Counted from the first letter of the stretch, positions 23,801-38,307 are shown. The stretch is DNA of 64,000 nt from Lytechinus pictus (GCF_037042905.1 NC_087252.1:37448001-37512000); one strand, 5' to 3'. Notes: a model not told the origin generated them from the letters alone. Made by a program: numbers and translations.

Positions 23801-26800
23801 AATGAATACTGGGAACGGAGTGATTATAATCATCAAAGAGATCTCTTACAGGGGCAAATATGAAAATCTGTGTCTAGCGTGAAAGAGGGCAAGAAGACTG
23901 TTTGAGGAAGAAAAACAAAACTATCACATTCCAGGAGAATGATGTTTGAATATGAGTGTGCAAAAGTTTATTTCTCAAGAATTGTACAAGTCAAGGCAGG
24001 TGCAGGAACCCGTCGACTTGGTAGATGATGTGGAAGCAATGTTAGTCAAGGTGGTGACAGGGACACCCTTAGATTTCTCTGGTGGAAGGACGGTCACACA
24101 AGCCGTGAGCCATCAGAGTAAAGGAAGACGGTGCATCTCTTCAGTGCTACCTCATCACCAGGTATTGCTGGCCACAACCTGATGGAAAGTGGATCTGATG
24201 GATCAAGTAAAGAGGAGAGAGTATACTAAATTCATAACAATGGTAATGATACCCGTTAAAAAAATTTAAGTTTAAAGTGACAACCAAAGAATAAGTACAA
24301 AGAGGTATAAAGATATGCATTAAGCAGGGCCAGGACCATTGAGCTAGGAAGAGGTTCTAACGGTGTAGTTTACCTCTTCAGGCATGCGGTGACAAAAGAT
24401 ACCATCGCTCTGAAAAAATTGATCAGTCAAATATTTTTGATATGTTTTAAACAATGTGTGAATAAAATGAGTTGAATAATGTGTAAATTCATATTCTTTA
24501 ATGTTTGTACAATGGTTGCTTTACATGACTTTATATAAAAAAGAATGTCAATCGGAAGAAAATAAATGATGAATTGAATCATCGACCTCTTCACATCACC
24601 TGTATGCTATACAAGCTTTATGTTCTCTACCAAACCGGACTGAACTGAGACTAAATGGCCTTGGATATGGTCACAAGAAGTTCTATTCTACATTGAAAAC
24701 AAAAGCATCAACCATACATCGGATTCTACTCGATACTCGCAACACAGTCCGACAAAACCTGACTAGACAGAGACTTAATGGAGAAGGATACCAGTAGAAG
24801 TTCTATTCTCATCTGAATGAAATGGCATCAACCTTTAAAGGTACATCAAGACTCTAATAACTACCCACACCATGGTAAAAGTATGGAATGGCCAAGAGGA
24901 GTGCATTTCATTTTAAACTGGAAAATATGTGGAGAACTAAAATACACGGTAGACATCCATAGCTTGCCATAACGTGCGCCATCACGAGATGCATGAGTCC
25001 GCATGACTGCGTATGTTTATCTATGGGTTGCGGTTATTTCATTAAAAACAGACGTTGACATACATGTATCTTGCAAAGAACACAAACAGGTAGAGTACCT
25101 GTAGTATTTTAACAAGTGGTAAACCATAGACCTTCATGTTTCTGGACAATCATGCATGGACACAAAAAGAGAGCATAGGACAGCAAGGAGTCCAAAACAG
25201 TGTAACTGTGACAGACTTAGATTCATATGCTCTGAAGAATTCCCCGAGGAAAGAATGACTCTACGTAATGAATACTGGGAACGGAGTGATTATAATCATC
25301 AAAGAGATCTCTTACAGGGGCAAATATGAAAATCTGTGTCTAGCGTGAAAGAGGGCAAGAAGACTGTTTGAGGAAGAAAAACAAAACTATCACATTCCAG
25401 GAGAATGATGTTTGAATATGAGTGTGCAAAAGTTTATTTCTCAAGAATTGTACAAGTCAAGGCAGGTGCAGGAACCCGTCGACTTGGTAGATGATGTGGA
25501 AGCAATGTTAGTCAAGGTGGTGACAGGGACACCCTTAGATTTCTCTGGTGGAAGGACGGTCACACAAGCCGTGAGCCATCAGAGTAAAGGAAGACGGTGC
25601 ATCTCTTCAGTGCTACCTCATCACCAGGTATTGCTGGCCACAACCTGATGGAAAGTGGATCTGATGGATCAAGTAAAGAGGAGAGAGTATACTAAATTCA
25701 TAACAATGGTAATGATACCCGTTAAAAAAATTTAAGTTTAAAGTGACAACCAAAGAATAAGTACAAAGAGGTATAAAGATATGCATTAAGCAGGGCCAGG
25801 ACCATTGAGCTAGGAAGAGGTTCTAACGGTGTAGTTTACCTCTTCAGGCATGCGGTGACAAAAGATACCATCGCTCTGAAAAAATTGATCAGTCAAATAT
25901 TTTTGATATGTTTTAAACAATGTGTGAATAAAATGAGTTGAATAATGTGTAAATTCATATTCTTTAATGTTTGTACAATGGTTGCTTTACATGACTTTAT
26001 ATAAAAAAGAATGTCAATCGGAAGAAAATAAATGATGAATTGAATCATCGACCTCTTCACATCACCTGTATGCTATACAAGCTTTATGTTCTCTACCAAA
26101 CCGGACTGAACTGAGACTAAATGGCCTTGGATATGGTCACAAGAAGTTCTATTCTACATTGAAAACAAAAGCATCAACCATACATCGGATTCTACTCGAT
26201 ACTCGCAACACAGTCCGACAAAACCTGACTAGACAGAGACTTAATGGAGAAGGATACCAGTAGAAGTTCTATTCTCATCTGAATGAAATGGCATCAACCT
26301 TTAAAGGTACATCAGACTCTAATTACTACCCACACCATGGTAAAAGTATGGAATGGCCAAGAAGAGTGCATTTCATTTTAAACTGGAAAATATGTGGAGA
26401 ACTAATGAAATACACGGTAGACATCCATAGCTTGCCATAACGTGCGCCCAAACAAGATGCGTGCGTCCCCACGATTGCGTATGTTCATCTATGGGTTGCG
26501 GGTATCTCATTGAAAACAGTCTTTGACATACATGTACGTTCCAAGTATAGAAACAGGTACATGTATAGTACTTGTAGTATTTTAACAAGTGGTAAACCTA
26601 ATGTTTGTACAATGGTTGCTTTACATGACTTTATATAAAAAAGAATGTCAATCGGAAGAAAATAAATGATGAATTGAATCATCGACCTCTTCACATCACC
26701 TGTATGCTATACAAGCTTTATGTTCTCTACCAAACCGGACTGAACTGAGACTAATTGGCCTTGGATATGGTCACAAGAAGTTCTATTCTACATTGAAAAC

Positions 26801-29800
26801 AAAAGCATCATCCATACATCGGAGAAATCGGACTCTACTCGATACTCGCACCACAGTCCGACAAAACCTGACTAGACAGAGACTTAATGGAGAAGGATAC
26901 CAGTAGAAGTTCTATTCTCATCTGAATGAAATGGCATCAACCTTTAAAGGTACATCAGACTCTAATTACTACCCACACCATGGTAAAAGTATGGAATGGC
27001 CAAGAAGAGTGCATTTCATTTTAAACTGGAAAATATGTGGAGAACTAATGAAATACACGGTAGACATCCATAGCTTGCCATAACGTGCGCCCAAACAAGA
27101 TGCGTGCGTCCCCACGATTGCGTATGTTCATCTATGGGTTGCGGGTATCTCATTGAAAACAGTCTTTGACATACATGTACGTTCCAAGTATAGAAACAGG
27201 TACATGTATAGTACTTGTAGTATTTTAACAAGTGGTAAACCTAATGTTTGTACAATGGTTGCTTTACATGACTTTATATAAAAAAGAATGTCAATCGGAA
27301 GAAAATAAATGATGAATTGAATCATCGACCTCTTCACATCACCTGTATGCTATACAAGCTTTATGTTCTCTACCAAACCGGACTGAACTGAGACTAATTG
27401 GCCTTGGATATGGTCACAAGAAGTTCTATTCTACATTGAAAACAAAAGCATCATCCATACATCGGAGAAATCGGACTCTACTCGATACTCGCACCACAGT
27501 CCGACAAAACCAGACTAGACAGAGACTTAATGGAGAAGGATACCAGTAGAAGTTCTATTCTCATCTGAATGAAATGGCATCAACCTTTAAAGGTACATCA
27601 GACTCTAATTACTACCCACACCATGGTAAAAGTATGGAATGGCCAAGAAGAGTGCATTTCATTTTAAACTGGAAAATATGTGGAGAACTAAAGAAATACA
27701 CGGTAGACATCCATAGCTTGCCATAACGTGCGCCCAAACAAGATGCGTGCGTCCCCACGATTGCGTATGTTCATCTATGGGTTGCGGGTATCTCATTGAA
27801 AACAGTCTTTGACATACATGTACCTTCCAAGTACAGAAACAGGTACATGTATAGTACTTGTAGTATTTTAACAAGTGGTAAACCATAAACCTTCATGTTT
27901 CTGTACAATCATGCTTGGACACAAAAAGAGAGCATAGGACAGCAAGGAGTCCAAAACAGTGTAACTGTGACAGATCTAGATTCAGATGCTCGGAAAAATT
28001 CCCTGAGGAAAGAATGACTCTACGTAAGGAATACTGGCAACTGAGTGATTATAATCATCAAAGAGATCTCTTACAGGGGCAAATATGAAAATCTGTGTCT
28101 AGCGTGAAAGAGGGCAAGAAGACTGTTTGAGGAAGAAAAACAAAACTATCACATTCCAGGAGAATGATGTTTGAATATGAGTGTGCAAAAGTTTATTTCT
28201 CAAGAATTGTACAAGTCAAGGCAGGTGCAGGAACCCGTCGACTTGGTAGATGATGTGAAAGCAATGTTAGTCAAGGTGGTGACAGGGACACCCTTAAATT
28301 TCTCTGGTGGAAAGACGGTCACACAAGCCGTGAGCCATCAGAGTAAAGGAAGACGGTGCATCTCTTCAGTGTTACCTCATCACCAAGTATTGCTGGCCAC
28401 AACCTGACGGAAAGTGGATCTAATGGATCAAGTAAAGAGGAGAGAGTATACTAAATTCATAACAATGGTAATGATACCTGTTAAAAAAAATTTAAGTTCA
28501 AAGTGACAACCAAAGAATAAGTACAAAGAGGTATAAAGATATGCATTTAGCAGGGCCAGGACCATTGAGCTAGGAAGAGGTTCTAACGGTGCAGTTTACC
28601 TCTTCAGGCATGCGGTGACAAAAGATACCATCGCTCTGAAAAAATTGATCTGTCAAATATTTTTGATATGTTTTAAACAATGTGTGAATAAAATGAGTTG
28701 AATAATGTGTAAATTCATATTCTTTAATGTTTGTACAATGGTTGCTTTACATGACTTTATATAAAAAAGAATGTCAAGCGGAAGAAAATAAATGATGAAT
28801 TGAATCATCGACCTCTTCACATCACCTGTATGCTATACAAGCTTTATGTTCTCTACCAAACCGGACTGAACTGAGACTAAATGGCCTTGGATATGGTCAC
28901 AAGAAGTTCTATTCTACATTGAAAACAAAAGCATCATCCATACATCGGACTCTACTCGATACTCGCAACACAGTGGCAAAACCAGACTAGACAGAGACTT
29001 AATCGAGAAGGATACCAGTAGAAGTTCTATTCCCATCTGAATGAAATGGCATCAACCTTTAAAGGTACATCAAGACTCTAATAACTACCCACACCATGGT
29101 AAAAGTATGGAATGGCCAAGAGGAGTGCATTTCATTTTAAACTGGAAAATATGTGGAGAACTAAAATACACGGTAGACATCCATAGCTTGCCATAACGTG
29201 CGCCATCACGAGATGCATGAGTCCGCATGACTGCGTATGTTTATCTATGGGTTGCGGTTATTTCATTAAAAACAGACGTTGACATACATGTATCTTGCAA
29301 AGAACACAAACAGGTAGAGTACCTGTAGTATTTTAACAAGTGGTAAACCATAGACCTTCATGTTTCTGGACAATCATGCATGGACACAAAAAGAGAGCAT
29401 AGGACAGCAAGGAGTCCAAAACAGTGTAACTGTGACAGACTTAGATTCATATGCTCTGAAGAATTCCCCGAGGAAAGAATGACTCTACGTAATGAATACT
29501 GGGAACGGAGTGATTATAATCATCAAAGAGATCTCTTACAGGTGCAAATATGAAAATCTGTGTCTAGCGTGAAAGAGGGCAAGAAGACTGTTTGAGGAAG
29601 AAAAACAAAACTATCACATTCCAGGAGAATGATGTTTGAATATGAGTGTGCAAAAGTTTATTTCTCAAGAATTGTACAAGTCAAGGCAGGTGCAGGAACC
29701 CGTCGACTTGGTAGATGATGTGGAAGCAATGTTAGTCAAGGTGGTGACAGGGACACCCTTAGATTTCTCTGGTGGAAGGACGGTCACACAAGCCGTGAGC

Positions 29801-32800
29801 CATCAGAGTAAAGGAAGACGGTGCATCTCTTCAGTGCTACCTCATCACCAGGTATTGCTGGCCACAACCTGATGGAAAGTGGATCTAATGGATCAAGTAA
29901 AGAGGAGAGAGTATACTAAATTCATAACAATGGTAATGATACCTGTTAAAACAAATTTAAGTTTAAAGTGACAACCAAAGAATAAGTACAAAGAGGTATA
30001 AAGATATGCATTTAGCAGGGCCAGGACCATTGAGCTAGGAAGAGGTTCTAACGGTGCAGTTTACCTCTTCAGGCATGCGGTGACAAAAGATACCATCGCT
30101 CTGAAAAAATTGATCTGTCAAATATTTTTGATATGTTTTAAACAATGTGTGAATAAAATGAGTTGAATAATGTGTAAATTCATATTCTTTAATGTTTGTA
30201 CAATGGTTGCTTTACATGACTTTATATAAAAAAGAATGTCAAGCGGAAGAAAATAAATGATGAATTGAATCATCGACCTCTTCACATCACCTGTATGCTA
30301 TACAAGCTTTATGTTCTCTACCAAACCGGACTGACCAGAGACTAAATGGCCTTGGATATGGTCACAAGAAGTTCTATTCTACATTGAAAACAAAAGCATC
30401 ATCCATACATCGGACTCTACTCGATACTCGCACCACAGTCCGACAAAACCAGACTAGACAGAGACTTAATGGAGAAGGATACCAGTAGAAGTTCTATTCT
30501 CATCTGAATGAAATGGCATCAACCTTTAAAGGTACATCAGACTCTACTTACTACCCTCACCATGGTAAAAGTATGGAATGGCCAAGAAGAGTGCATTTCA
30601 TTTTAAACTGGAAAATATGTGGAGAACTAAAGAAATACACGGTAGACATCCATAGCTTGCCATAACGTGCGCCCAAACAAGATGCGTGCGTCCCCACGAT
30701 TGCGTATGTTCATCTATGGGTTGCGGGTATCTCATTGAAAACAGTCTTTGACATACATGTACCTTCCAAGTACAGAAACAGGTACATGTATAGTACTTGT
30801 AGTATTTCAACAAGTGGTAAACCATAAACCTTCATGTTTCTGGACAATCATGCATGGACACAAAAAGAGAGCATAGGACAGCAAGGAGTCCAAAACAGTG
30901 TAACTGTGACAGATCTAGATTCAGATGCTCGGAAGAAGTCCGAGGAAAGAATGACTCTACGTAATGAATACTGGCAACGGAGTGATTATAATCATCAAAG
31001 AGATCTCTTACAGGGGCAAATATGAAAATCTGTGTCTAGCGTGAAAGAGGGCAAGAAGACTGTTTGAGGAAGAAAAACAAAACTATCACATTCCAGGAGA
31101 ATGATGTTTGAATATGAGTGTGGAAAAGTTTATTTCTCAAGAATTGTACCAGTCAAGGCAGGTGCAGGAACCTGTCGACTTGGTAGATGATGTGGAAGCA
31201 ATGTTAGTCAAGGTGGTGACAGGGACACCCTTAGATTTCTCTGGTTGAAGGACGGTCACACAAGCCGTAGGCCATCAGAGTAAAGGAAGACGGTGCATCT
31301 CTTCAGTGCGACCTCATCACCAAGTATTGCTGGCCACAACCTGACGGAAAGTGGATCTAATGGATCAAGTAAAGAGGAGAGAGTATACTAAATTCATAAC
31401 AATGGTAATGATACCTGTTAAAAAAATAAAAGTTTAAAGTGACAACCAAAGAATAAGTACAAAGAGGTATAAAGATATGCATTAAGCAGGGCCAGGACCA
31501 TTGAGCTAGGAAGAGGTTCTAACGGTGCAGTTTACCTCTTCAGGCATGCGGTGACAAAAGATACCATCGCTCTGAAAAAATTGATCTGTCAAATATTTTT
31601 GATGTTTTAAACAATGTGTGAATAAAATGAGTTGAATAATGTGTAAATTCATATTCTTTAATGTTTGTACAATGGTTGCTTTACATGACTTTATATAAAA
31701 AAGAATGTCAAGCGGAAGAAAATAAATGATGAATTGAATCATCGACCTCTTCACATCACCTGTATGCTATACAAGCATTATGTTCTCTACCTAACCGGAC
31801 TGAACTGAGACTAAATGGCCTTGGATATGGTCACAAGAAGTTCTATTATACATTGAAAACGAAAGCATCATCCATACATCGGATTCTACTCGATACTCGC
31901 ACCACAGTCCGACAAAACCAGACTAGACAGAGACTTAATGGAGAAGGATACCAGTAGAAGTTCTATTCTAATCTGAATGAAATGGCATCAACCTTTAAAG
32001 GTACATCAGACTCTACTTACTACCCTCACCATGGTAAAAGTATGGAATGGCCAAGAAGAGTGCATTTCATTTTAAACTGGAAAATATGTGGAGAACTAAA
32101 GAAATACACGGTAGACATCCATAGCTTGCCATAACGTGCACCCACACGAGATGTATGAGTCCGCATGACTGCGTACATGTATGTTCATCTATAGGTTGTG
32201 GTTATTTCATTAAAAACAGACGTTGACATATCTTGCAACACAAACAGGTATTGTACCTGTAGTATTTTAACAAGTGGTAAACCATAGACCTTCATGTTTC
32301 TGGACAATCATGCATGGACACAAAAAGAGAGCATAGGACAGCAAGGAGTCCAAAACAGTGTAACTGTGACAGATCTAGATTCAGATGCTCTGAAGAATTC
32401 CCCGAGGAAAGAATGACTCTACGTAATGAATACTGGCAACGGAGTGATTATAATCATCAAAGAGATCTCTTACAGGGGCAAATATGAAAATCTGTGTCTA
32501 GCGTGAAAGAGGGCAAGAAGACTGTTTGAGGAAGAAAAACAAAACTATCACATTCCAGGAGAATGATGTTTGAATATGAGTGTGCAAAAGTTTATTTCTC
32601 AAGAATTGTACCAGTCAAGGCAGGTGCAGGAACCCGTCAACTTGGTAGATGATGTGGAAGCAATGTTAGTCAAGGTGGTGACAGGGACACCCTTAGATTT
32701 CTCTGGTGGAAGGACGGTCACACAAGCCGTGAGCCATCAGAGTATAGGAAGACAGTGCATCTCTTCAGTGTTACCTCATCACCAAGTATTGCTGGCCACA

Positions 32801-34480
32801 ACCTGACGGAAAGTGGATCTAATGGATCAAGTAAAGAGGAGAGAGTATACTAAATTCATAACAATGGTAATGATACCTGTTTAAAAAATTCAACTTTAAA
32901 GTGACAACCGAAGAATAAGTACAAAGAGGTATAAAGAAATGCATTAAGCAGGGCCAGGACCATTGAGCTAGGAAGAGGTTCTAACGGTGCAGTTTACCTC
33001 TTCAGGCATGCGGTGACAAAAGATACCATCGCTCTGAAAAAATTGATCTGTCAAATATTTTTGATATGTTTTAAACAATGTGTGAATAAAATGAGTTGAA
33101 TAATGTGTAAATTCATATTCTTTAATGTTTGTACAATGGTTGCTTTACATGACTTTATATAAAAAAGAATGTCAAGCGGAAGAAAATAAATGATGAATTG
33201 AATCATCGACCTCTTCACATCACCTGTATGCTATACAAGCTTTATGTTCTCTACCAAACCGGACTGAACTGAGACTAAATGGCCATGGATATGGTCACAA
33301 GAATTTCTATTCTACATTGAAAACAAAAGCATCATCCATACATCGGACTCTACTCGATACTCGCACCACAGTCCGACAAAACCAGACTAGACAGAGACTT
33401 AATGGAGAAGGATACCAGTAGAAGTTCTATTCTCATCTGAATGAAATGGCATCAACCTTTAAAGGTACATCAGACTCTACTTACTACCCTCACCATGGTA
33501 AAAGTATGGAATGGCCAAGAAGAGTGCATTTCATTTTAAACTGGAAAATATGTGGAGAACTAAAGAAATACACGGTAGACATCCATAGCTTGCCATAACG
33601 TGCGCCCAAACAAGATGCGTGCGTCCCCACGATTGCGTATGTTCATCTATGGGTTGCGGGTATCTCATTGAAAACAGTCTTTGACATACATGTACCTTCC
33701 AAGTACAGAAACAGGTACATGTATAGTACTTGTAGTATTTTAACAAGTGGTAAACCATAAACCTTCATGTTTCTGGACAATCATGCATGGACACAAAAAG
33801 AGAGCATAGGACAGCAAGGAGTCCTAAACAGTGTAACTGTGACAGATTAAGTTTCATATGCTCTGAAGAATTCCCCGAGGAAAGAATGACTCTACGTAAT
33901 GAATACTGGCAACGGAGTGATTATAATCATCAAAGAGATCTCTTACAGGGGCAAATATGAAAATCTGTGTCTAGCGTGAAAGAGGGCAAGAAGACTGTTT
34001 GAGGAAGAAAACAAAACTATCACATTCCAGGAGAATGGTGTTTGAATATGAGTGTGCAAAAGTTTATTTCTCAAGAATTGTACCAGTCAAGGCAGGTGCA
34101 GGAACCCGTCGACTTGGTAGATGATGTGGAAGCAATGTTAGTCAAGGTGGTGACAGGGACACCCTTAGATTTCTCTGGTTGAAGGACGGTCACACAAGCC
34201 GTGAGCCATCAGAGTAAAGGAAGACGGTGCATCTCTTCGGTGCTACCTCATCACCAAGTATTGCTGGCCACAACCTGACGGAAAGTGGATCTAATGGATC
34301 AAGTAAAGAGGAGAGTATACTAAATTCATAACAATGGTAATGATACCTGTTAAAAAATTAAGTTTAAAGTGACAACCAAAGAATAAGTACAAAGAGGTAT
34401 AAAGATATGCATTAAGCAGGGCCAGGACCATAGAGCTGGGAAGAGGTTCAAACGGTTGCTGTTTACCTCTTCAGGCATGC
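17899..34480 (+). repeat. Macrosatellite: ten ~1.46-1.47-kb units plus three extra 643-bp partial units
   Basis: Unit starts (gatc(t/a)gtcaaatattt) at 17905, 19376, 20840, 22957, 24421, 25887, 28647, 30112, 31583 and 33045. 643-bp re-entries at ~21552, 26599 and 27242. Units end with TIELGRGSNGAVYLFRHAVTKDTIALKK. Confidence 0.97.
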
Positions 34481-35062
34481 AAAGCCAGGAGATCCTGAAG
34501 AACTTCCATCTATCCAAAGACCCTGCCTACCGTCAACGGTAGCTTTACAACATGAGCGAAGAGGCAAGCATCCAGAAAGATCTTAGTGCATTCTGTCAAT
34601 TTCCCCAGTACTATGGGTATGTCACACTGGACCGTGATACTCTTGATCTGGCTATGGAGTTTGCGGGTGATGCCCAGCGGGGGAAGAGCTTCACTCTGAC
34701 TGACTCCCTGGATGGAAGACCATCCAGATGGAAGCAGGAGGATAATCTTTTGATCGCTCTGGACATCGTTAAAGGAATCATCATCATGCACCGCCAAGGA
34801 TTCCTCATCAATGATCTGAAATGCAACAATGTTCTAATGAAAGAGGAAGGCGGATTTAGGAACAAAGTCATCGACTTTGGACGCGCCAGGAGAAGTGCTT
34901 GCCCTTCCCGTGTGTATTGTCTCAATAAAGATACCAAGAGACGATATCACACAGAAGGACTATAATCATATGGCAGCGGAGGTTGCCCTTGATGGCCAAA
35001 TGCCTTCCATCCAGTCTGATACCTTCCAGATTGGTCGTGTCTTTGTTAGGATGAAACAATGA
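34417..35062 (+). pseudogene. Protein kinase domain pseudogene (most complete copy, subdomains I-IX)
   Basis: ELGRGSNG, LK, EEASIQ, LAMEF, HRQGFLINDLKCNNVL, KVIDFGRA, YNHMAAEV, SDTFQIG. Intronless, with frameshifts and a stop. Confidence 0.88.
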
Positions 35063-35069
35063 CTTGCTG

Positions 35070-35559
35070 CCAGGACCATTGAGCTAGGAAGAGGTTCTAA
35101 CGGTGCAGTTTACCTTTTCAGGCATGCGGTGACAAAAGATCCCATCGCTCTGAAGAAATTCCCAAAGTCCAGGGAACCTGCACACCTTCAACGCCAGTTC
35201 TACATCATAAGCGAAGAGGCAAGCATCCAGAAAGATCTTAGTGCATTCTGTCAATTTCCCGGAACTACGAGTATGTCACACTGGACTGTCATACTCTCGC
35301 TCTAGCTATGGACTTTGTGGGTGATGCCCAGCGGGGGAAGAGCGTCACTCTGGATGACTCCCTGGATGGAAGACCTTCCAGATGGAAGCAGGAGGAAAAG
35401 TCTTTGATCGCCCTGGACATCAGTGAGGGAATTAACATCATGCATCACCACGGATTCCTCATCAATGATCTGAAATGCAACAATGTTCTGCTGAACCAGG
35501 AGGGAGGCAGATTTATGACCAAAGTCATTGACTTTGGTCATGCAACCATAATGGTATAG
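35070..35559 (+). pseudogene. Truncated kinase copy (subdomains I-VII)
   Basis: ELGRGSNGAVY...IALKK...INDLKCNNVLL...KVIDFGHA, then runs into a minisatellite. Confidence 0.85.
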
Positions 35560-35905
35560 TGTAGCATATCAGTGTATAGTGTAGTATATTGGTGTAGTGT
35601 TGTATATTGGTGTATAGTGTAGTATATTGGTGTATAGTTTAGCATATTGGTGTATAATTTAGTATATTGGTATTGTTATTATGGCTACACTGGACATCGT
35701 TGAGGGAATCAACATCATGCACCACCAAGGATTCCTCTTCAATGATCTGAAATACAACAACATTCAGCTGAACTAGGAGGGAGGCAGATTTATGACCAAA
35801 GTCATTTACTTTGGTCATGCAACCATAATGGTATAGTGTAGCATATCAGGGTATAGTGTAGTATTTTGTGTATAGTGTACATGTAGTATATTGGTGTACA
35901 GTGCG
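35551..35905 (+). repeat. ~20-bp GTATAGTGTAGTATATTGGT minisatellite tracts flanking a partial kinase (VIa-VII) duplicate
   Basis: Tracts at ~35551-35672 and ~35830-35905. The same arrangement occurs at 37538-37890 and 41913-42230. Confidence 0.8.
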
Positions 35906-37056
35906 TATCAAAAAATAGAGCTAGGAAGAGGTTCTAACGGTGCAGTTTACCTCCTCAGGCAGATATCAATATCAAGATATCAATGTCTTTATGACATTGA
36001 AGGCCTATTCTTTGGTTTACAATATAAAATGCTGCAGTTTTTGTCTTCACGAAGATATATACTTATTCTTTTACTACAACGAGGAAGCTGCCCAGGTGGA
36101 ATGGTGGAGCTGGTCCAAGTTCATAACAGAAGATACGCCCACATTCGCATACCTCTAGGTAACAATTTACACCCCCCCCCCAAAAAAAAAAAAAAAAATA
36201 GAAAATAAAATGTAAAAAATGAGTCAAGCAGAGTAAAAGCAACAGTGGAAAATCTTTGATAAAGGCAAGTAGAAAAAGTAATAAAAACAGGCCTAAACAA
36301 ATAACAATTATATCTATTTTTTTAGAGCTAAATTATAAAAATAACTTCTTAGTTTAACTAACAGTTTCATTGTATTATCAGCAATTTAATCCCAGATATT
36401 CCCCCCCCCCTATCTCTCTCACGCTCTCTCATCCTCTCTGAATTTTATTTCTTCAAATAGAATGTTGAAGCCCATCGATCAAGCTTTGAATTTCTGCGTC
36501 AATCAGGGGAATTCCCTGGGTCTCTTGACAGGCTTGGGGTCGAACATGTGCCATTTGATCTCTCGCATGCGGTCTTTCCATTCAAGTTGTGGAAAATTCC
36601 ATTCATAAATAATTTAGACTAATATCCAGTCTTTTATTTTTTTCATTCGATTGATTTTCCTCACTTTACATGGCAGCGACTGTATTTCTCTTAATATTTT
36701 CAAAAAAAGGACTGTTTTTTAGACTAGACGTAAAAGTCAAGCGTCGCGCCACGCTACCGATTCATCAATATTCATGAGGAATCGTAACCACGTGATCGAA
36801 AAGATCGTCGGAAACGTGAATATTCAACAGCACTGGATGACGTCATTTTTAGTTTTTTGCCTTGGGAATCCAAAACCCTGATAGGTATTGGCATGAAACC
36901 AACAGGAATAACACTAGAATACGATTTTCTAACGACCATATAATATATAACTAAATTCATAACAATGGTAATGATGATACCTGTTAAAAAATAGAAGTTT
37001 AAAGTGACAACCAAAGAATAAGTACAAAGAGGTATAAAGATATGCATTAAGCAGGA

Positions 37057-37546
37057 CCAGGACCATAGAGCTAGGAAGAGGTTCTAACGGTGCAGTTTAC
37101 CTCCTCAGGCATGCGGAGACAAAAGATCCCATCGCTCTGAAGAAATTCCCTATGTCCAGGGAACCTGCACACCGTCAACGCCAGTTCTACATCATAAGCG
37201 AAGAGGCAAGCATCCAGAAAGATCTTAGTGCATTCTGTCAATTTCCCGGAACTACGAGTATGTCACACTGGACTGTCATACTCTCGCTCTAGCTATGGAC
37301 TTTGTGGGTGATGCCCAGCGGGGGAAGAGCGTCACTCTGGATGACTCCCTGGATGGAAGACCTTCCAGATGGAAGCAGGAGGAAAAGTCTTTGATCGCCC
37401 TGGACATCAGTGAGGGAATTAACATCATGTATCACCAAGGATTCCTCATCAATGATCTGAAATGCAACAATGTTCTGCTGAACCAGGAGGGAGGCAGATT
37501 TATGACCAAAGTCATTGACTTTGGTCATGCAACCATAATGGTATAG
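37057..37546 (+). pseudogene. Truncated kinase copy (subdomains I-VII)
   Basis: Duplicate of 35070-35559 with few substitutions. Confidence 0.85.
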
Positions 37547-38307
37547 TGTAGCATATCAGTGTATAGTGTAGTATATTGGTGTAGTGTTGTATATTGGTGT
37601 ATAGTGTAGTATACTGGTGTATAGTTTAGCATATTGGTGTATAATTTAGTATATTGGTATTGTTATTATGGCTACACTGGACATCGTTGAGGGAATCAAC
37701 ATCATGCACCACCAAGGATTCCTCTTCAATGATCTGAAATACAACAACATTCAGCTGAACTAGGAGGGAGGCAGATTTATGACCAAAGTCATTTACTTTG
37801 GTCATGCAACCATAATGGTATAGTGTAGCATATCAGGGTATAGTGTAGTATTTTGTGTATAGTGTACATGTAGTATATTGGTGTACAGTGCGTATCAAAA
37901 AATAGAGCTAGGAAGAGGTTCTAACGGTGCAGTTTACCTCCTCAGGCAGATATCAATATCAAGATATCAATGTCTTTATGACATTGAAGGCCTATTCTTT
38001 GGTTTACAATATAAAATGCTGCAGTTTTTGTCTTCACGAAGATATATACTTATTCTTTTACTACAACGAGGAAGCTGCCCAGGTGGAATGGTGGAGCTGG
38101 TCCAAGTTCATCACAGAAGATACGCCCACATTCGCATACCTCTAGGTAACAATTTACACCCCCCCAAAAAAAAAAAAAAAAAATAGAAAATAAAATATAA
38201 AAAATGAGTCAAGCAGAGTAAAAGCAACAGTGGAAAATCTTTGATAAAGGCAAGTAGAAAAAGTAATAAAAACAGGCCTAAACAAATAACAATTATATCT
38301 ATTTTTT

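Noticed and set aside
17899-34480. Repeated small ORFs (MNMSVQKF..., MVYHLLKYY..., MKRSMIQF...) as a multigene family
   Set aside because: They have no domain motifs, several rely on non-ATG starts, and some copies are broken. Recurrence follows from the tandem repeat.
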